A DNA stretch of 64,000 nucleotides from Eledone cirrhosa (lineage: Eukaryota): contig OZ024743.1 of assembly GCA_964016885.1 (NCBI GenBank), forward strand, positions 360,530,001 through 360,594,000. The letters are read 5' to 3'. The notes under the pieces were generated by a model. It ran no database searches. It was not told where the DNA came from and saw only the letters and a list, made by a program, of their open reading frames with translations. This document shows positions 23,937-38,984 of this stretch, one piece after another. Position 1 is the first letter of the stretch. The number at the start of each line of letters is the position of its first letter. A program made the translations under genes and the position numbers.

Positions 23937-26900
23937 TGAAATCGAAAATGCGACTGGAGTCTTATTTTTAAAAAAATATATATATATTTATTTGGTTCCT
24001 TTACTGGTTTCGCTGTTCTTCTGCTTTTCAAAAGTAGAGTTGAGATGGAGAGTCTGTGGTTTTTATCACATCTAGTTGGTCTCTCAATGTTACTTTGTTT
24101 TATATGGAAAAAGTGGCTCGAAATGCCAGGTTTGTCGAGAAGATTGGTTGGTCAATAATTATAATAAATTACGCGCCAGTTCGCGTTACAAAGTTCTTCA
24201 AACAGGGGGGGGGGTGTCACAGGATGTTTTTTCATATTTGAATTTCTTTTTACTTAAAAAAAAGGGGGGGCTCACGGAGGCTTTTTTTAAATAAACGTAA
24301 TTTGATTGGTTATAAATGAAATTATGGCTGTCACGTGAACAAGTTTTCATAACATTTTCGCGCCCTTATTTGGAAATCTATTCTGTAGCCTTTTTAGACA
24401 ATTTTTTGACAAGCAAAAGATAATGGTTAAGAGAAATTGGATGAGAGAATTGTTCTGGTTCAGTGAATATGGTTAGTTCGCTGGGGTGTCAGAATTCAGA
24501 TTTTCTATTGAATAAAGAAAGTAAAGATGTGTATGTTTATTTGTGTGCTTGTGTGTGTGTGTATTGGAAGATGATTCTATTAGTAGAAATGGGGGGGGGT
24601 TGTGTGTGTATATGGGTGTTATATGTGTGTGTGTGTGGGAGTATGTTAAGATGGAGAGAATATATATATTTTGTGTGTGTATATATGTGTGTAGGAATGT
24701 GATTCTATTAGTAGAAATGGGGGAGGGAGTTGTGTGTGTGGGGGTGGGGGTTGTATGGATGTTATGTGTGTGGGAGTATGGTTAGCATGTTAAGATGAAG
24801 AGAATATATATATATTGTGTGTGTGTGTGTAGGAAAATGATTCCTTTAGTAGGAATATTTTTGAATAACCATATTTTCCTTACTTATTCGTATTTGTTCT
24901 GTTGTATTGTCAGTGCAAACGTATGTTAAGGTTTATTTAGTTCGGGTTTTTATTTTCTAAAGTAGAAGGTGTTATGTGTGTTATGTATGTGTCTGTTTGG
25001 ATGGTTAGCATGTTATGGTGTTGACATAATGTATATTAAACCATATTTAATGCTGGTCTATATTTTTGAATAAACATATTTTCCTTATTTATTCGTATTT
25101 GTTCTGTTTTATTTTTAGCGCAAAGATAAAATGGGAAGTCTTGGAATTTCGGTGTCTTATTACTTGCGCATATGTCTAGATGTGCACTTAGTGGTATCTG
25201 TCTCGTGGTTGGATCTCATAATTGTTGGCGATGAAGTGTCATTATGTTTCTGAGTGTGAGTTTAGTTTGTCCTATATAATCTACATTGCATCCTTTACAT
25301 TTAATGGCATAAAGTAGATTTTTTTATGAGCAAGTGAAGTGATTTTTTACAGTAAAATTTTGTCCTGATTTAAATGTATACGTGTTGCCTTCAATGAGGT
25401 GAGTGCAGGTTCCACAATTAGAGCAACCACACTTTTTGACAGTTGGTTGTGGGTTTGTGGTAGGTAATTTGGCATTGGTGAGTAATGTTTTCAGTGATTT
25501 CGGTTGTCTTTTGCTTTTGATTATTTTGTGTGTTTCAAGGGCTTTTTTCATTCTTGGGTTTTGTTTCAGTAGTGGGATGTTCTTGTGAATAGTGTTGTAA
25601 GCTTCCGCATTTCTTGGATTGTGTGTTGAGATATATGATAGAATATTGGATGTACCTTGAATCTGTTTCTGTTTTCGCAATTCATCAATGCCTATTAATT
25701 TAGCCCTTTCTATTCCATTATTTATTAGTAATGATGGATACTCTCTTTCTAGTAGAATTGCCTTTAATTCTTGAAGGCTTTCATTTCGCGTTTCATAATT
25801 GGAGACAATTGTGCAAATTCTTCTTGCTAGGTTAAAAGGAATGTTCGTCTTCGCGTGCTTTCTATGGTTGGAGGTGAATAGCAGGAATTGTTTGGAATCT
25901 GTTGGTTTGTAGTGTATGTCAGTTTCCATATGTGTGTCTTTTTTTTAAGATTAAGATGTCCAGAAATGGGTGTTGATCTTGGCTGTATTCCTTGTGAATT
26001 GGATATGGTTATTGATGCCGTTTATTAAGTTTTTGAAATCCTTCAGTTGGTCGAGTGTGTGGGACCAAAGAATGAGACAATCATCCAAGTAGCGTTTCCT
26101 ATTCTCTGATAAATATTTGTGGAACTTCAATCCGTATTTTGATTTGGACTGTTCATATATCTGGACTTCTAAGTATGCCATGACTAAGTTGGTATAAGTT
26201 GGAGCGGCTTTTGTACCCATCGCAGTCCTCGATATTTGCTTGTAAGTATTGCCATCGAAATCAAAAAAGTTGTTCTGTAGGATGAATTTTAATCCCTCGG
26301 TGATGAAGCTTTTTTCTATTCTGTATGGTATCTCATTGGGATATTTCTCTAGCTAGAATCCTATTGCTTCTACTCCGTATTGGTGTGGGATCGTTGTGTA
26401 GAGGTTCACTGCATCGAAAGACACAATAGTAGTGTCGTTGTTGACATGTTTGGGGAGGTGGTTTAAGAGGTCCAGATCGTCTCTTACAAGGCTTGGTATG
26501 CGTTTGATAATTGGTTTTAGTAGTATATCTAGAAAGTTGCTCAGTCTATGTGTTTCACATTGTGGACCCGCTACAATTGGTCTTAATTTAATGTCTGTGA
26601 GGTATTGTGTGTTCACGCAGGTTGAGGTGGATTGTTTACAGGCATCGTTAATTATTTCACACTTGTGGATCTTCGGAAGTCTGTAAAGGTTGCTGGTTTT
26701 GTATTCAAAATGTGTTAAATAATCGCGTTCCTTTTTAGTTAGATCTTCTTGGTATCGATAAATCAGTGTGTTTAGTCTCGTCATTGTTTTTGATTGCTGG
26801 TAATTTTTAATCTTTCATAGTAATTAGTATTTTGTAAGAGAGAGAACATAGAATTTTTATATTTTTCAGCCTCCAGATGACATCAGTACTTCCCTTGTCC

Positions 26901-27736
26901 GCTTCCTTAATTATAATGTCCGTATTGTTTTTTAGTTCATGGATACTCTACCATTCCCTTCGACTCGTGTTGGGTTTGGGTTTAGGTTGCGGTAGTTCAT
27001 AGTATGGGAAAGTGGCTATTTTGTCACAAAATGTGTCCAGAACTCTGTTTCTGCCTTTTGTTGGGTTGTAGCTGCTTTTACTCCGTACAATTGATTCGTC
27101 GTTATTCTCCTTCTCAAAGAATACCTCTGTGAGACGTAATTTTCTACAGAAGTGTGAAAAATCGTCATTTAGCTCATTGGGGTTAGAGTATTGTGGTGTT
27201 GGTGTGAATTTCAGTCCTTTGGAGAGAATTTTTACTTGTTGGGCTGAGAGGATTTGAAAGGTTGATTATTTTCGGTTTTTCAAAATCGGTTTGTGCCACC
27301 GGGTGCCGTGGGTCCTGGCCTTGGTCTAAAAAATGATTTTTCCGGAATGTTTTTTCAATGTTATTATTGTATCTAATTTTATTTCCCCTGTTGTTGTGTG
27401 TTCTTGTATAGAGGTTTCGGACGTATTGAGGTTCGGTTTGTTGATAGTCCGTGTTGTAGATTTTGTTCCTTTGTGTGGGTTGGGATCTAAGGTTAGACCA
27501 GCATTAAATATGGTTTAATATACATTATGTCAACACCATAACATGCTAACCATCCAAACAGACACATACACGCACACATAACACCTTCTACTTTAGAAAA
27601 TAAAAACCAGAACTAAATAAACCTTAACATACGTTTGCACTGACAATACAACAGAACAAATACGAATAAGTAAGGAAAATATGGTCATTCAAAAATATTC
27701 AGACTAAAGGAATCATTTTACTACACACACACACAC

Positions 27737-27771
<35 letters not shown>

Positions 27772-28725
27772 TCTTCATCTTAACATGCTAACCATACTCC
27801 CACACACATAACACCCATACACACACATTACAGCCCCCACCTCAGGCACACAACTCCCTCCCCCATTTCTACTAATAGAATCACTTTCCTACACACATAT
27901 ATACACACACACAAAATATATATTCTCTTCATTTTAACATACTCCCACACACACACACGTAACACCCATATACACACACACACAACTCTCTCCCCCATTT
28001 CTCCTAATATAATCATCTTCCAATACACACACACACACACAAGCACACAAATAAACATACATATCTTTACTTTCTTTATTCAATAGAAAATCTGAATTCT
28101 GACACCCCAGCGAACTAACCATATTCACTGAACCAGAACAATTCTCCCATCCAATTTCTCTTGACCATTATCTTTTGCTTGTCATAAAATTGTCTAAAAA
28201 GGCTATAGAATAAATTTCCAAATAGGGGCCCGAAAATTTAATGAAAACTTGTTCACGTGACAGCCATAATTTCATTTTTAACCAATCAAATTACGTTTAT
28301 TTAAAAAAAGCCGTCGTGAGCCCCTTTTTTAAAGTAAAAAGAAATTCAAATATGAAAAAACAAATCGTGACCCCCCCCCCCTTGTTTGAAGAACTTTGTA
28401 AAGCGAACTGGCGCGAAATTTATTATAATTATTGACCAGCCAATCATATTACTTCTCGAAAAACCTGGCATTTCGAGCCACTTTTTCCATATAAAACAAG
28501 TAACATTCAGAGACCAACCAGATGTGAGAAAAACCACAGACCTTCCATCTCAACTCTACTTCTGAAAAGCAGAAGAACTGCGAAACCGGTAAAGGAACCA
28601 AATAAATATTTATATTTTTTAAAAAATAAGACTCCAGTCGCATTTTCGATTTCAGCATTTTTTCTTTATACTTTCACTCGTGTAGGACACCTCGGATATA
28701 TTTCATTTTGTAAAAAATACCCCAC

Positions 28726-28730
<5 letters not shown>
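23937..28730 (-). mobile_element. 5'-truncated Naiad-like PLE with inverted pseudo-LTR
   Basis: Disrupted ORF 27493->25036: LYRLPKIHK, LRPIVAGP, SFDAVNLYTTI, MGTKAAPTY, KRYLDD, TDIHYKPTD, KCGCSNCGTC, YAIKCKGC..YIGQT. 23937-25060 is inverted at 27494-28658. Confidence 0.9.
28559..28595 (+). ncRNA. Minimal hammerhead motif in the Naiad-like pLTR
   Basis: ctt-CTGAAAA-GCAG-aagaa-CTGC-GAAA-CCGG-TA-aagg. Related copies at ~23998-24034(-), 39678-39715(-), 39795-39832(+), 53626-53663(-) and 61983-62019(+). Confidence 0.65.
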
Positions 28731-28765
<35 letters not shown>

Positions 28766-28777
28766 TTAATATAGATG

Positions 28778-28828
28778 AGATTCTACAGGACTAGAACTGT
28801 TTCATACCTTAGAAATCATCAGGAATCT
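28778..28828 (-). ncRNA. Type I hammerhead motif with canonical core
   Basis: Minus: AGATTC-CTGATGA-tttctaaggtat-GAAA-CAG(ttctagtc)CTG-TA-GAATCT. 6-bp stem I, GUA site, weak stem II. Confidence 0.7.
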
Positions 28829-29319
28829 GGGTATCAAAAAATAAGTATGGTATGTATAGGTCTCTTCAAGTGATAGGAGATGGTAGGGTGTGGGATGGGT
28901 GTAGGTCGTTGGTTGATAGAAAAGAGAATTCATTAAAAGCTAATTCTTCAAAGCTATAGTTTATTTTGAGAGTAACAAAGGCAGAAAGAATTCCATAAAC
29001 AAGTTCAGAATGGGGTACCACACCTTATTTTTAGGTTTCTCTTAAGCTAACAGGTGTCTATAAGATCAGTGGGGGTCAGTAATGGTTGATGGATTTAAAG
29101 GAAAGGGAGATTCTTTAAAAGCTAATTTTTTTAAGGTTCTATTAAATGACAAAGGCCTAGAGAATTCTGTAGACAAATTCAAAATATTGAGTGCATATCA
29201 TAAGATTATATTCAAATTTCTCTTAAACTATTCAACTATATGCCAAAAATCAACAGACACGTTCACAAACACACTCACTCACACACTCGCACGCAGCCAC
29301 AAACACCCACACATACCTA

Positions 29320-29501
29320 TATACATATATATATAAACATACATATATATATATACATATATATATACATATATATACATACACATACACACACAAACAC
29401 ACATACACATACATATATATACATATTTACATACACACACATATACACATATATACACACATACACACACATATATATATACGCACATACACCATTCATA
29501 C

Positions 29502-29532
<31 letters not shown>

Positions 29533-29612
29533 TACACAGACATACACAACATATATATACACATACATATATACACACACATACACACAAGCACATATAC
29601 ATATATGTATAT

Positions 29613-29665
<53 letters not shown>

Positions 29666-30226
29666 AACATACATATACACACATACACATATATATATAT
29701 ATACACACAAATATACACACACATACGTACACAAATACACACATACATATACATAAATAAATATATATACACATATATACACATATATATATATATATAC
29801 ATATATATATACACACATACCTGTGCACACATACATACATACACATACATACATATACACATATACACATATATATACAAACATATATATTCACACATAT
29901 ACACACACACATATATATATATATACATATATATACACATACACACATATATACATATATATATACATACACATATATATACATACATATATACACATAT
30001 ACATATATATATACACACACATATACATATACATACACATATACACATATATATACATATACACACATACACATACATATATATACACATATACACATAC
30101 ACATACATATATATATATATACACATATACATATACACATACATAGATATACATACACATACATACATACACACATATATAGATATATATACATATATAT
30201 ACATACATATGTATATACATACACAC

Positions 30227-30273
<47 letters not shown>

Positions 30274-30316
30274 CACACACACACATATATACACACATAT
30301 ATATATATACATATAC

Positions 30317-30348
<32 letters not shown>

Positions 30349-30430
30349 ACATACATATACATACATATACATACACACATACATACACATATACATATAT
30401 ACAAATACAATCAAATATATACACATACAA
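29320..30430. repeat. Compound (TA)/(CA)/(TACA) low-complexity block inside the PLE 3' region
   Basis: Direct reading. Its flanks recur next to similar blocks at 33040-33540, 37580-38200, 56230-58150 and 58360-59420. Confidence 0.9.
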
Positions 30431-33236
30431 ATAAATACTCAATAAATATACGCATATACACAGGCACATAAAAACAGCTCTACAGGCAGAAAATGCAGAT
30501 AGGTAAGAGGTACTCACATAACCATAGTGGCCGTATTTCATGTTGAGGAGGGGGTGTGGGTAGGGTGGGTGGAGGTATAGGGGCTAATAGGAGGAGGTCG
30601 TTTTTAGCCATCGGGCTTTAACACTGGCTTACAATATTTGAAAGTTGCAAAGTTCTTGTGCATGCATTTTCGGGCAGTGTTCAGAGAGTTTGTTCAGTAG
30701 CTGACCCTTGGCGAATAAAATTTCGTAGCTCTCTGAGATACAAAGGTCGCGGCCCTTGTGTCCTCCGTTGTAAGAGCGCGCTTTCTGGAGTATTTTCCAT
30801 TTAAGCGTGAAGGGGGTGGAGTTCCTTTTGAAATCCCAAACGTAGGAGGCGAGTGTTGTCTGGTTTGATTTGTCCGGTCTTCTGAAGGAGTGGGTATGGG
30901 CATACCAACGGGTCTTAAAGTTATTGGAGGTCATGCCGATGTAAGTTTTTTTGTTATTGCGATCATCGGTGCCTGAGACGACATCGCATTTGTATACGAT
31001 ATCATTTGTGAGCCATTTGTTTTCAAGTGGGCATGCTTCCTTATTTATGCAATTACACAAAGCCCTAGTCCGGGGATTGGGTTCGGAGGTGGTTGGCTTA
31101 TTTAATTTTTTAGAATTGTGGTTGGCTATATTCCTAGCTAGGTTAGGTGTGGTGGAGTAGGAGAGTCTTATTGTGTTCTTATTAAAGATGGTGTGGTACC
31201 TATGTTGTATGGGGGAGTGTAATTTCAGCAAAGTGAAGAAAATCCTGGCTATCGGTGTAGAGACCTCTCTATTGAAGGGAGGGTTGTACCAGCTAATCTG
31301 CCTATGCATATTCCTCCTCTGCAATCTTGCGGTGGTTTCTAGGTAGGTTATCTTTTCTTTAAATCCGCTGCAGGCGAGGGCGTCATTGTAGTAGGAGGCA
31401 GAGGCGTTAAAAATATCTTTGTTGGCGGAGAGGCCAGATTTTCTAATAGAGACGCTTTTTACTAGGTTATCAGTAATGTTTTGGGGGTGGTTTGAATTAA
31501 CATTAATATATCTAAGGGACTCGTTAGGTTTGTGATACGGGTAATAGAGGGAAGTATCTAGGTCGAGAGTGACATCCAAGAAGTTGGACCTAGTCAAATT
31601 AGATTCTATAGTTATATTAAATCCTAGAGTAGAGAAGAACGAGCTTAAGTTTTTCCGAAACCCATCGGTGGTTCTGGGGTTAACCTTGTGCAGGGCGAAG
31701 AGGCCGTCGTCTCGGTATAAACCTCCGGTTAGGCCGGTAAAGAGATTCTTCAGGTGGTGGAGGATGTACAAGCCCACAAGCTCGCTAATTTCAGCCGAGT
31801 CACTCGCTCCCATGCTAACTTCAAATGGGGTCTGAGATTTCTTGTTGATCCAGTAAGATCCATCTTGGTATAGAAAGGTCTTACGGGCGTGGAGGATAAC
31901 AACTTGCTCAGCATAGGTAATGGTGGTAAAATTCCTGGCAAAGTTAATTGCGTCCTTCAGGAGGGGCTCCGTGATAGAGGCATAGTAGTTTTCTATGTCG
32001 AGTTGCAGGAAGCGAGTGTGGTGTTTGTCAGGTAATTCTTGGAATCAGGATATTGCCTCAGATGTTCTGCTCCAGAGTGGGAGTAGTGAGGCAGCCCGCA
32101 ATGAGGGTAGAACTCTATCCAGGGTCTTCTTACTGATAGAGCCGATGTCTGAACGAGTGGGGTTGATAAGTCTGACTGATGGTTTGTTGAGGAAGTTTCC
32201 CTTATGGTCTTTCAGGGTAAAGTGCGGGGTATTTACCCTTAAAGGTTCGGTTCGGTCATGTAATTTAAGGGACTTCGTGATTTCTTTTCCGGCCGCGTTT
32301 GTCTCAGTAAATGCCATCTCTATTACCTTTTTGTAGGTGGTCGTGATGGCATTTTTTGCCAGCTTATTGTAGTTCTGTGGGTCTACCTCATAAACGTTTT
32401 TGGTTTTATCGGAGGAAACATAAAGACTAGGGGATTTTTTATATTCCGCAATTCGGCATTTAAGTAGGCCTGGAATGGTGTGGTGGCTCTACGGAATTTT
32501 ATATCTTTGATCATCTTGAAGAGGTCTTCTTGAAAACAAATGCCTCACAAATGATATCGTATACAAATGTGATGTCATCTCAGGCACCGATGATTGCAAT
32601 AACAAAAAAGCTTACATCGGCATGACCACCAATAATTTTAAGACCCGTTGGTATGCCCTTACCCACTCCTTCAGAAGACCGGACAAATCAAATCAGAAAA
32701 CACTCGCCTCCTATGTTTGGGACCTCAAAAGGAACTCCACCCCCTTCACGCTTAAATGTAAAATACTCCAGAAAGCGCGCTCTTACAACGGAGGACACAA
32801 GGGCTGCGACCATTGTATCTCAGAGAGCTACGAAATTTTATTCGCCAAGGGCCCGCTACTGAACAAACTCTGAACACTGCCCGAAAATGCATGCACAAGA
32901 ACTTTTCAACTTTCAAATACTTTAAGCCAGTGTTAAAGCCCGATGGCTAAAAACGACCTCCTCCTATTAGCCCCTATACCTCCACCCACCCTACCCCCAC
33001 CCCCTCCTCAACCTGAAATACGGCCACTATGGTTATGTGAGTACCTCTTACCTATCTGCATTTTCTGCCTGTAGAGTTGTTTTTATGTGCCTGTGTATAT
33101 GCGTATATTTATTGAGTATTTATGTGTATGTGTATATATTTGTGTGTATGTGTATATATGTATTTGTGTATGTATGTGTATATGTATATGTATGTATATG
33201 TATGTGTACATATATATATATATATGTGTGTATATG

Positions 33237-33299
<63 letters not shown>

Positions 33300-33422
33300 G
33301 TGTGTGTGTGTATATATATTTGTGTGTATGTGTTTGTGTGGTTCTCTCTGTGTGTGTATTTATTTATTTATCTATCTATTTATTTATATATATATGTGTA
33401 TATATATGTCTGTGTGTGTGTA

Positions 33423-33508
<86 letters not shown>

Positions 33509-33539
33509 TATATATGTATATATATATATATATATATAA

Positions 33540-36500
33540 TAAAAAATTGAACAGGGACAGAACAGAGAGGCAGTACGACAAATGTTTATTAGATTCACGC
33601 TCAGGAGAGTGGAGGGTAGGTGGAGGACGACGTTTCGGGCATAAGCCCTTCTTCAGGTAAGAGTTCAAAAGGTGTGTAGGGGAGTGGTGGAGAGACATAT
33701 AGCGAAAGGAAACGGTGCGAATGAAAAATTAACAAATAAAGACAAAAATATAATAAATAATAAATAAAAATAAAGCATGATCAAAATACAAGGAATGAGA
33801 ACATTTAAAAATAAAGGCATGATCAAAATAAACTGAAATTAAAAGGGGGGTAAACAGGTGGTGGAAGGGTGTGGGGTGAGTAGAGGTGGAGGCGGGTGGA
33901 GTGGGGAGAGGGAGACGGGGTGTCCGAGCGGGGAGGGCTGAAGGTGGTGTGTGTGGTTAGGTGTGCGTGTGTGTGTGTGTGTGTGTATGTGAAAGTGAGG
34001 GTTGGGGGAAGAACGGGGTTGCATGTTCAGGAAGGTGTGTGTGGGGGGTGTTTTTGTGTGTCGGAGGGTCTGTGCGTGTGTGGATAGGGGGTGGGGGAGA
34101 GGAATCAGGGGGCTGAGGGTGTAAATATGTGGTGGGAAGCACGTGTATGTGGTTTAAGCGTGTTGTGGGTGTGGGTGGCGTGTGGATAAAAAAATTTGTT
34201 TTGGGATGTGTGTGTGGGTGAGTTATATAGGTGATGGTGTTAGAGGATGGTTGAAAGTGGTAAGTTACACGGATGTATGGAGATTTTGGTTGGAAGTCAA
34301 AACGCGTGTGGGTAATCCAAGAAGCGGTGGTCGGAAGAGGAGAGATGTGGGGTGCGCGCGCAACAGGAAGTGGTCAGCAGTGGAAGTGCTGTGGTCAGTT
34401 GTATATATATATATATATAAGGTATAGGATTATCCTAGATGTAGTAATGGTTAATTACTACACTGGATATGGTTGACGTACGGTGAGAGGTTACTCTACG
34501 AGTTATGGAAGAATTGTTAAAGAAACTTAGTTCCTGATCCTTCTGTATTCCGGAGTGTATATAAAGAATGAATAATAACAGGTAGACATCATAAAAAGGT
34601 AATTTATTCCGTATGCTTACAAATGTTTCCACGATGGAAATACAGCCTAGTTATGCTATGTGCAAATTTACAACTATTTGCAGAACTCAAGTATCAAATG
34701 CTGTGACCACTGTATCCTCAGAGCAGAATGGTTAAAATGTGCAATGTAAATACCCTTAAGTGGGGTTATTGGAGAAGATAGAGTAGAAAAGGAAGAGAGA
34801 AAAGTAGGGGAGAGGGAGAGAGAGAGAAAGATATGTAGGGGTTGGAGAAATAGGAGAGAGTGGTTTATAGATATCTTAATCAAAATGTTATGGTAGGGGT
34901 TTTATTATACTGGTTACTTTTACAGAGATGCGTTGATAGTCAAGGTCGGAATTATTTATTGCCCGAGAGGGCAGGTTCATAGATGTGGAGAGGGAGGGAG
35001 GTAGGCCAAAGGCGAGAGAGAGTGGAATGGATGTAGAGAGAGAGAGATTGAGAGGGGACAGACGAAGTCTATGTGGTGGGTGAACTTAAGGTTCGTAGTA
35101 GTAATCTGCGAATTGCACTGAGTTACCATTTATAGTGATAAGCAGTGTATTGTCTTGTAGTGTGGGGGAAGAGAAGGTGGTTAGCTAGAAAGCGATGTTA
35201 TAGTTACGGGTTCGAATGTTAAGTTATTTTATAGTGAGGGAATTTAGCATTTAGTTTGTGGTTGCAGTATAATGATCGTTCGATTCTATCGTTAAGTAGT
35301 TTGTTTTTGGATTTTAATATGTAAAAGAGTTCAAGGTTACATAACCTACAGTACTTCAATCCACTCCGGTATGCACTTGCGCTGGAAAGTATATCCCATT
35401 TTAAGGTGAACTGTTGGTTGCGTTCACGGATTTGCCAGGTCTTGTTGGCGAGCGTGGTCACAAAACGGTGATCAGGATGTTTGATTGAGAATCGATGACG
35501 GTACCAGCGAGATTTAAACGAGGTGGTGGTAGATCCGATATAATACCATTTCTGGTCGTTCGATTCAACCGTGCATTGGTAAACAATGTTGGACTTTAGG
35601 CATTCATTCTTCAATGGACATCTTTCAGGTAGATGGCAGTTACATTCTTTGTTGTGGGTAGCGGGTATACCATGGATAGGTTGTGATAGCAGTACAGGTG
35701 GGTTGTGTAATACCCGTCTCCCATTTAGTGGTTGGGAGGCAGATATTACGTTCTGCCCATATGTTACCAAAATATTTTGTTTTGTAGTGTTGTTTAATTG
35801 CTTTAAGTTAAGTTTTTTTATGTATGCTTCAAGGTTTGGTGCCGTGGAGTATGATAGTCTAATAGTTTTAGAGTTCAGAATTTTACTGTATTTATGGGAA
35901 CTAGGGAAATCTTTGTTGATTTACTTAAAGAATGAAAGAAATAGTTTTGTACTAATCGAGGCATTAAAAATAGGATTATACCAGATATACTTTCTACAAC
36001 GTGATTTATTTGGTGGTGATTTTCTATTATTAGTATTCTGGTGGTACTGTGTGTGTGCGCTTGTATTTTAGTCCCCCGGTTACGTATTCCTTGATTTCGT
36101 GTAGAGCTATGTGTGTTATGGAGATTCCTATCAATGTATCCTATTGTATCCCGGTTGTCGGCATTCCTTAATGCATTAATATAGTATTCAGCGAGTTCAC
36201 TAAAAATATCAGAGTTAGACGATAGGCGAGAGATTCTAAGAGAAATACTCCGGGGAACCGATTTGATCATGGAGAGTGGGTGGTTTGAGTTAAAGTTGAT
36301 ATACGTAAGGTTCTCATTCATCTTGTGGAAGGGTCGTATCTGTCCGGTATTTAAATTAAGAGTTACGTCCAGAAATTTACAACTTTAAGATTGTATTCGT
36401 ATGTTATTTTTAGACCCAGTTCACTAAAAGATTTTTTAATATTTTCCGTAGCCTTTCAAGATTTTGGTTATTCAAGTTATTAACTAATAAGAGCCCGTCA

Positions 36501-36790
36501 TCTCTGTATATCCCCCCCCCCATGTATATTACTAAATGTACTATGTAGTATGTGTGCTATGTAAATTCCCACAAGATCCGTGACCTCCGCTATGTCGTTG
36601 GAACCCATGGTAATGTCGAAGTTTGTGGGTCTCTCCTTACGTTCCCAGTAGCAGTTATCAACCTTAATAATAGTTTTTCTAGCCTCCAGAATAATATTAA
36701 TTTCGTCCTCCGTTAGGTCGGAATTGTTTTTAGCAAACGATAGGGCCTTACGTAAGGTGCTTGTTGAGATTGAAGAGTAGTATTCGTATA
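33540..36790 (-). mobile_element. 5'-truncated Hydra-clade-like PLE (third family)
   Basis: YYSSIS..ARKTII..NFDITMGSNDIAEVTDLVG, IYRDDGL, YINFNSNHP, CNCHLPERCPLKNECL, YYIGSTTTSFKSRW, LKWDIL, CRLCNLE (ORF pieces 35219-36790). The long purine/GT-rich region to ~33540 is inferred to be its 3' region. Confidence 0.82.
33626..33656 (-). ncRNA. Hammerhead core motif at the 3' end of the adjacent PLE
   Basis: Minus: CTGAAGA-a-GGGC-ttat-GCCC-GAAAC-gtc-GTC. No clear stem I partner. Confidence 0.5.
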
Positions 36791-36814
36791 TATATATATA
36801 TGTATATATGTGTG

Positions 36815-36853
<39 letters not shown>

Positions 36854-37229
36854 ATATATGTATATGTATCTATATATGTGTGTATGTATGTATGTGTATG
36901 TATATCTATGTATATGTGTATGTGTATATGTATATATGTATATATATATATGTATGTGTATATGTGTGTGTATATGTGTATATATATGTATGTGTATGTG
37001 TGTATATGTATATATATGTGTATATGTGTATGTATGTATATGTATATGTGTGTATATATATATGTATATGTGTATATATGTATGTATATATATGTGTGTG
37101 TATATATATATATATATATGTGTGTATGTTTATATATATTTATATATATATATATATGTGTATGTGTGTGTATATGTGTGTATATATATATGTGTGTGTA
37201 TATATATATGTGTATATGTGTATATGTGT

Positions 37230-37577
37230 AACACCTGCAACCCTGATGGTATCCAATGATGTTGACTTGTTCTTCTTTTTGGTAAATATCATCTTGGTTA
37301 AGAGAGTGGGACTGGCTTTGTGCAGTGCCTTTGCTCACTATAAAAGCTTCACAGCACAGGCATTGCTTTATATCTGGAGATCTCTCTGCACTTGTCATCA
37401 CATGGTACCATGGGCCCTGCACTATGTGTCAATAATGGTCACAAGTGTAGTCTTTGTACCAGAGTTTTCAAGTCGCTGGCTGGACTAAAAAGTCACATTC
37501 GTTCAGCGCATCGGTAGGGGTTCTCCTACATGGATATAAAGTAGTGGCCGTACTCGAAAACGAGTTGGCAGCCACCA
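37230..37577 (+). mobile_element. RTE-like 3' terminal fragment embedded in microsatellite
   Basis: C2H2-like CSLCTRVFKSLAGLKSHIRSAH*, then a short 3' UTR with hairpin ctcg-aaaa-cgag and ggcagcc, as in RTE/BovB-type ends. Confidence 0.55.
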
Positions 37578-37579
37578 TA

Positions 37580-37645
37580 TGTGTATATGTATGTATGTGT
37601 ATGTATGTATGTGTGCACATGTATGTGTATATATATATATATGTT

Positions 37646-37680
<35 letters not shown>

Positions 37681-37849
37681 ATATGTGTATATATAGGTGT
37701 ATGTATGTATGTGTGTGTGTGTATATATATATATATGTGTGTATATATATATGTATATATATATATATATATGTGTATAGATATATATGTATATATATTT
37801 ATTTATCTATATGTATGTGTGTATGTGTGTACGTATGTGTGTGTATATT

Positions 37850-37914
<65 letters not shown>

Positions 37915-38041
37915 GTTTATGTGTGTGTGTGTATGTATGTGTATATATATGTGTGTGTATGTGTGTATATATGTGTATATCGGTGTGTGTGTAAATATGT
38001 ATATATATGTATGTGTATGTGTGTGTGTGTGTGTGTGTGTG

Positions 38042-38116
<75 letters not shown>

Positions 38117-38741
38117 ATATGCATGTGTGGGTGTTTGCGGTGCGCGCGAGTGTGTGAGTGAGTGTGTTTGTGAATGTGTCTGTTGATTTTTGGCATATAT
38201 TTGAATAGTTTAAGAGAAATTTGAAGATAATCTTATGATATGCACTCAATATTTTGAATTTGTCTACAGAATTCTCTAGGCCTTTGTCATTTAGTAGAAC
38301 CTTAAAGAATTTAACTTTTAAAGAATCTTCCTTTCCTTTAAACCCATCAACCATGACTGACCCCCACTGATCTTATAGACACCCGTTAGCTTGAGAGAAA
38401 CCTAAAAAATAAGCAGTGGCACCCCATCCTGAACTTGTTTATAGGATTCTTTTTGCCTTTGTTACTCTAAAAATAAACTATAGCTTTGAAGAATTAGCTT
38501 TTAAGGAATTCCCTTTTCTATCAACTAATGACCTACACCCATCCCACTCCCTACCCTCTCCTACCACTTGAAGAGACCTATAAATACTATACTTATTTTT
38601 TGATACCCAGATTCCTCATGATTTCTAAAGAATTAAACAGTTCTAGTTGTGTAGAATCTCATCTATATTAAAACTTTTATACTCTGCAATGTACTGAGTA
38701 CCTTACTTACTGTGGTTACCTCCGATTCAACCCGGAATAAC

Positions 38742-38745
<4 letters not shown>
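37580..38745 (+). mobile_element. Solo 3' region/pLTR of the 28.8-32.5 kb PLE family with mutated HHR (~38609-38660)
   Basis: 38125-38672 is the reverse-complement homologue of 28765-29315; core mutated (ctcatga, ttaaac). Confidence 0.8.
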
Positions 38746-38789
<44 letters not shown>

Positions 38790-38946
38790 ATGCTTTGTGC
38801 GGGTCATGTTGCCAATAAGAAACAATTTATTATAAATTTAATTTATAAATTTAAGAATTTATAAATTTCCGGTTAGTTGGTTGGTTCCACAACCAGACGA
38901 TTGTTCATATATTAACACTACAAGTGATGTCCTTTTTCCTTTTTTT

Positions 38947-38984
<38 letters not shown>

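Larger units (their letters stand above)
28765..33200 (-). mobile_element. Hydra-clade-like PLE with inverted partial copy at its 5' end
   Basis: RT-GIY-YIG remnants 32530->30629: SDKTKNVY, FTLKDHKGNF..VRLINPTRSDIG, MGASDSAE, GGLYRDDGL, NFLDVTLDL, WYNPPFN, CNC..ACPL, TYIGMT, LKWKIL. ~30400-31028 is inverted at 32530-33180. The 3' region includes a microsatellite block and an HHR. Confidence 0.9.

Noticed and set aside
18113-27493. Selenocysteine recoding, reported for some Naiad PLEs
   Set aside because: The stops examined are mostly TAA/TAG, or TGA at non-Cys positions. Zn-motif cysteines are ordinary codons, and no convincing SECIS was seen. A SECISearch run would settle it.
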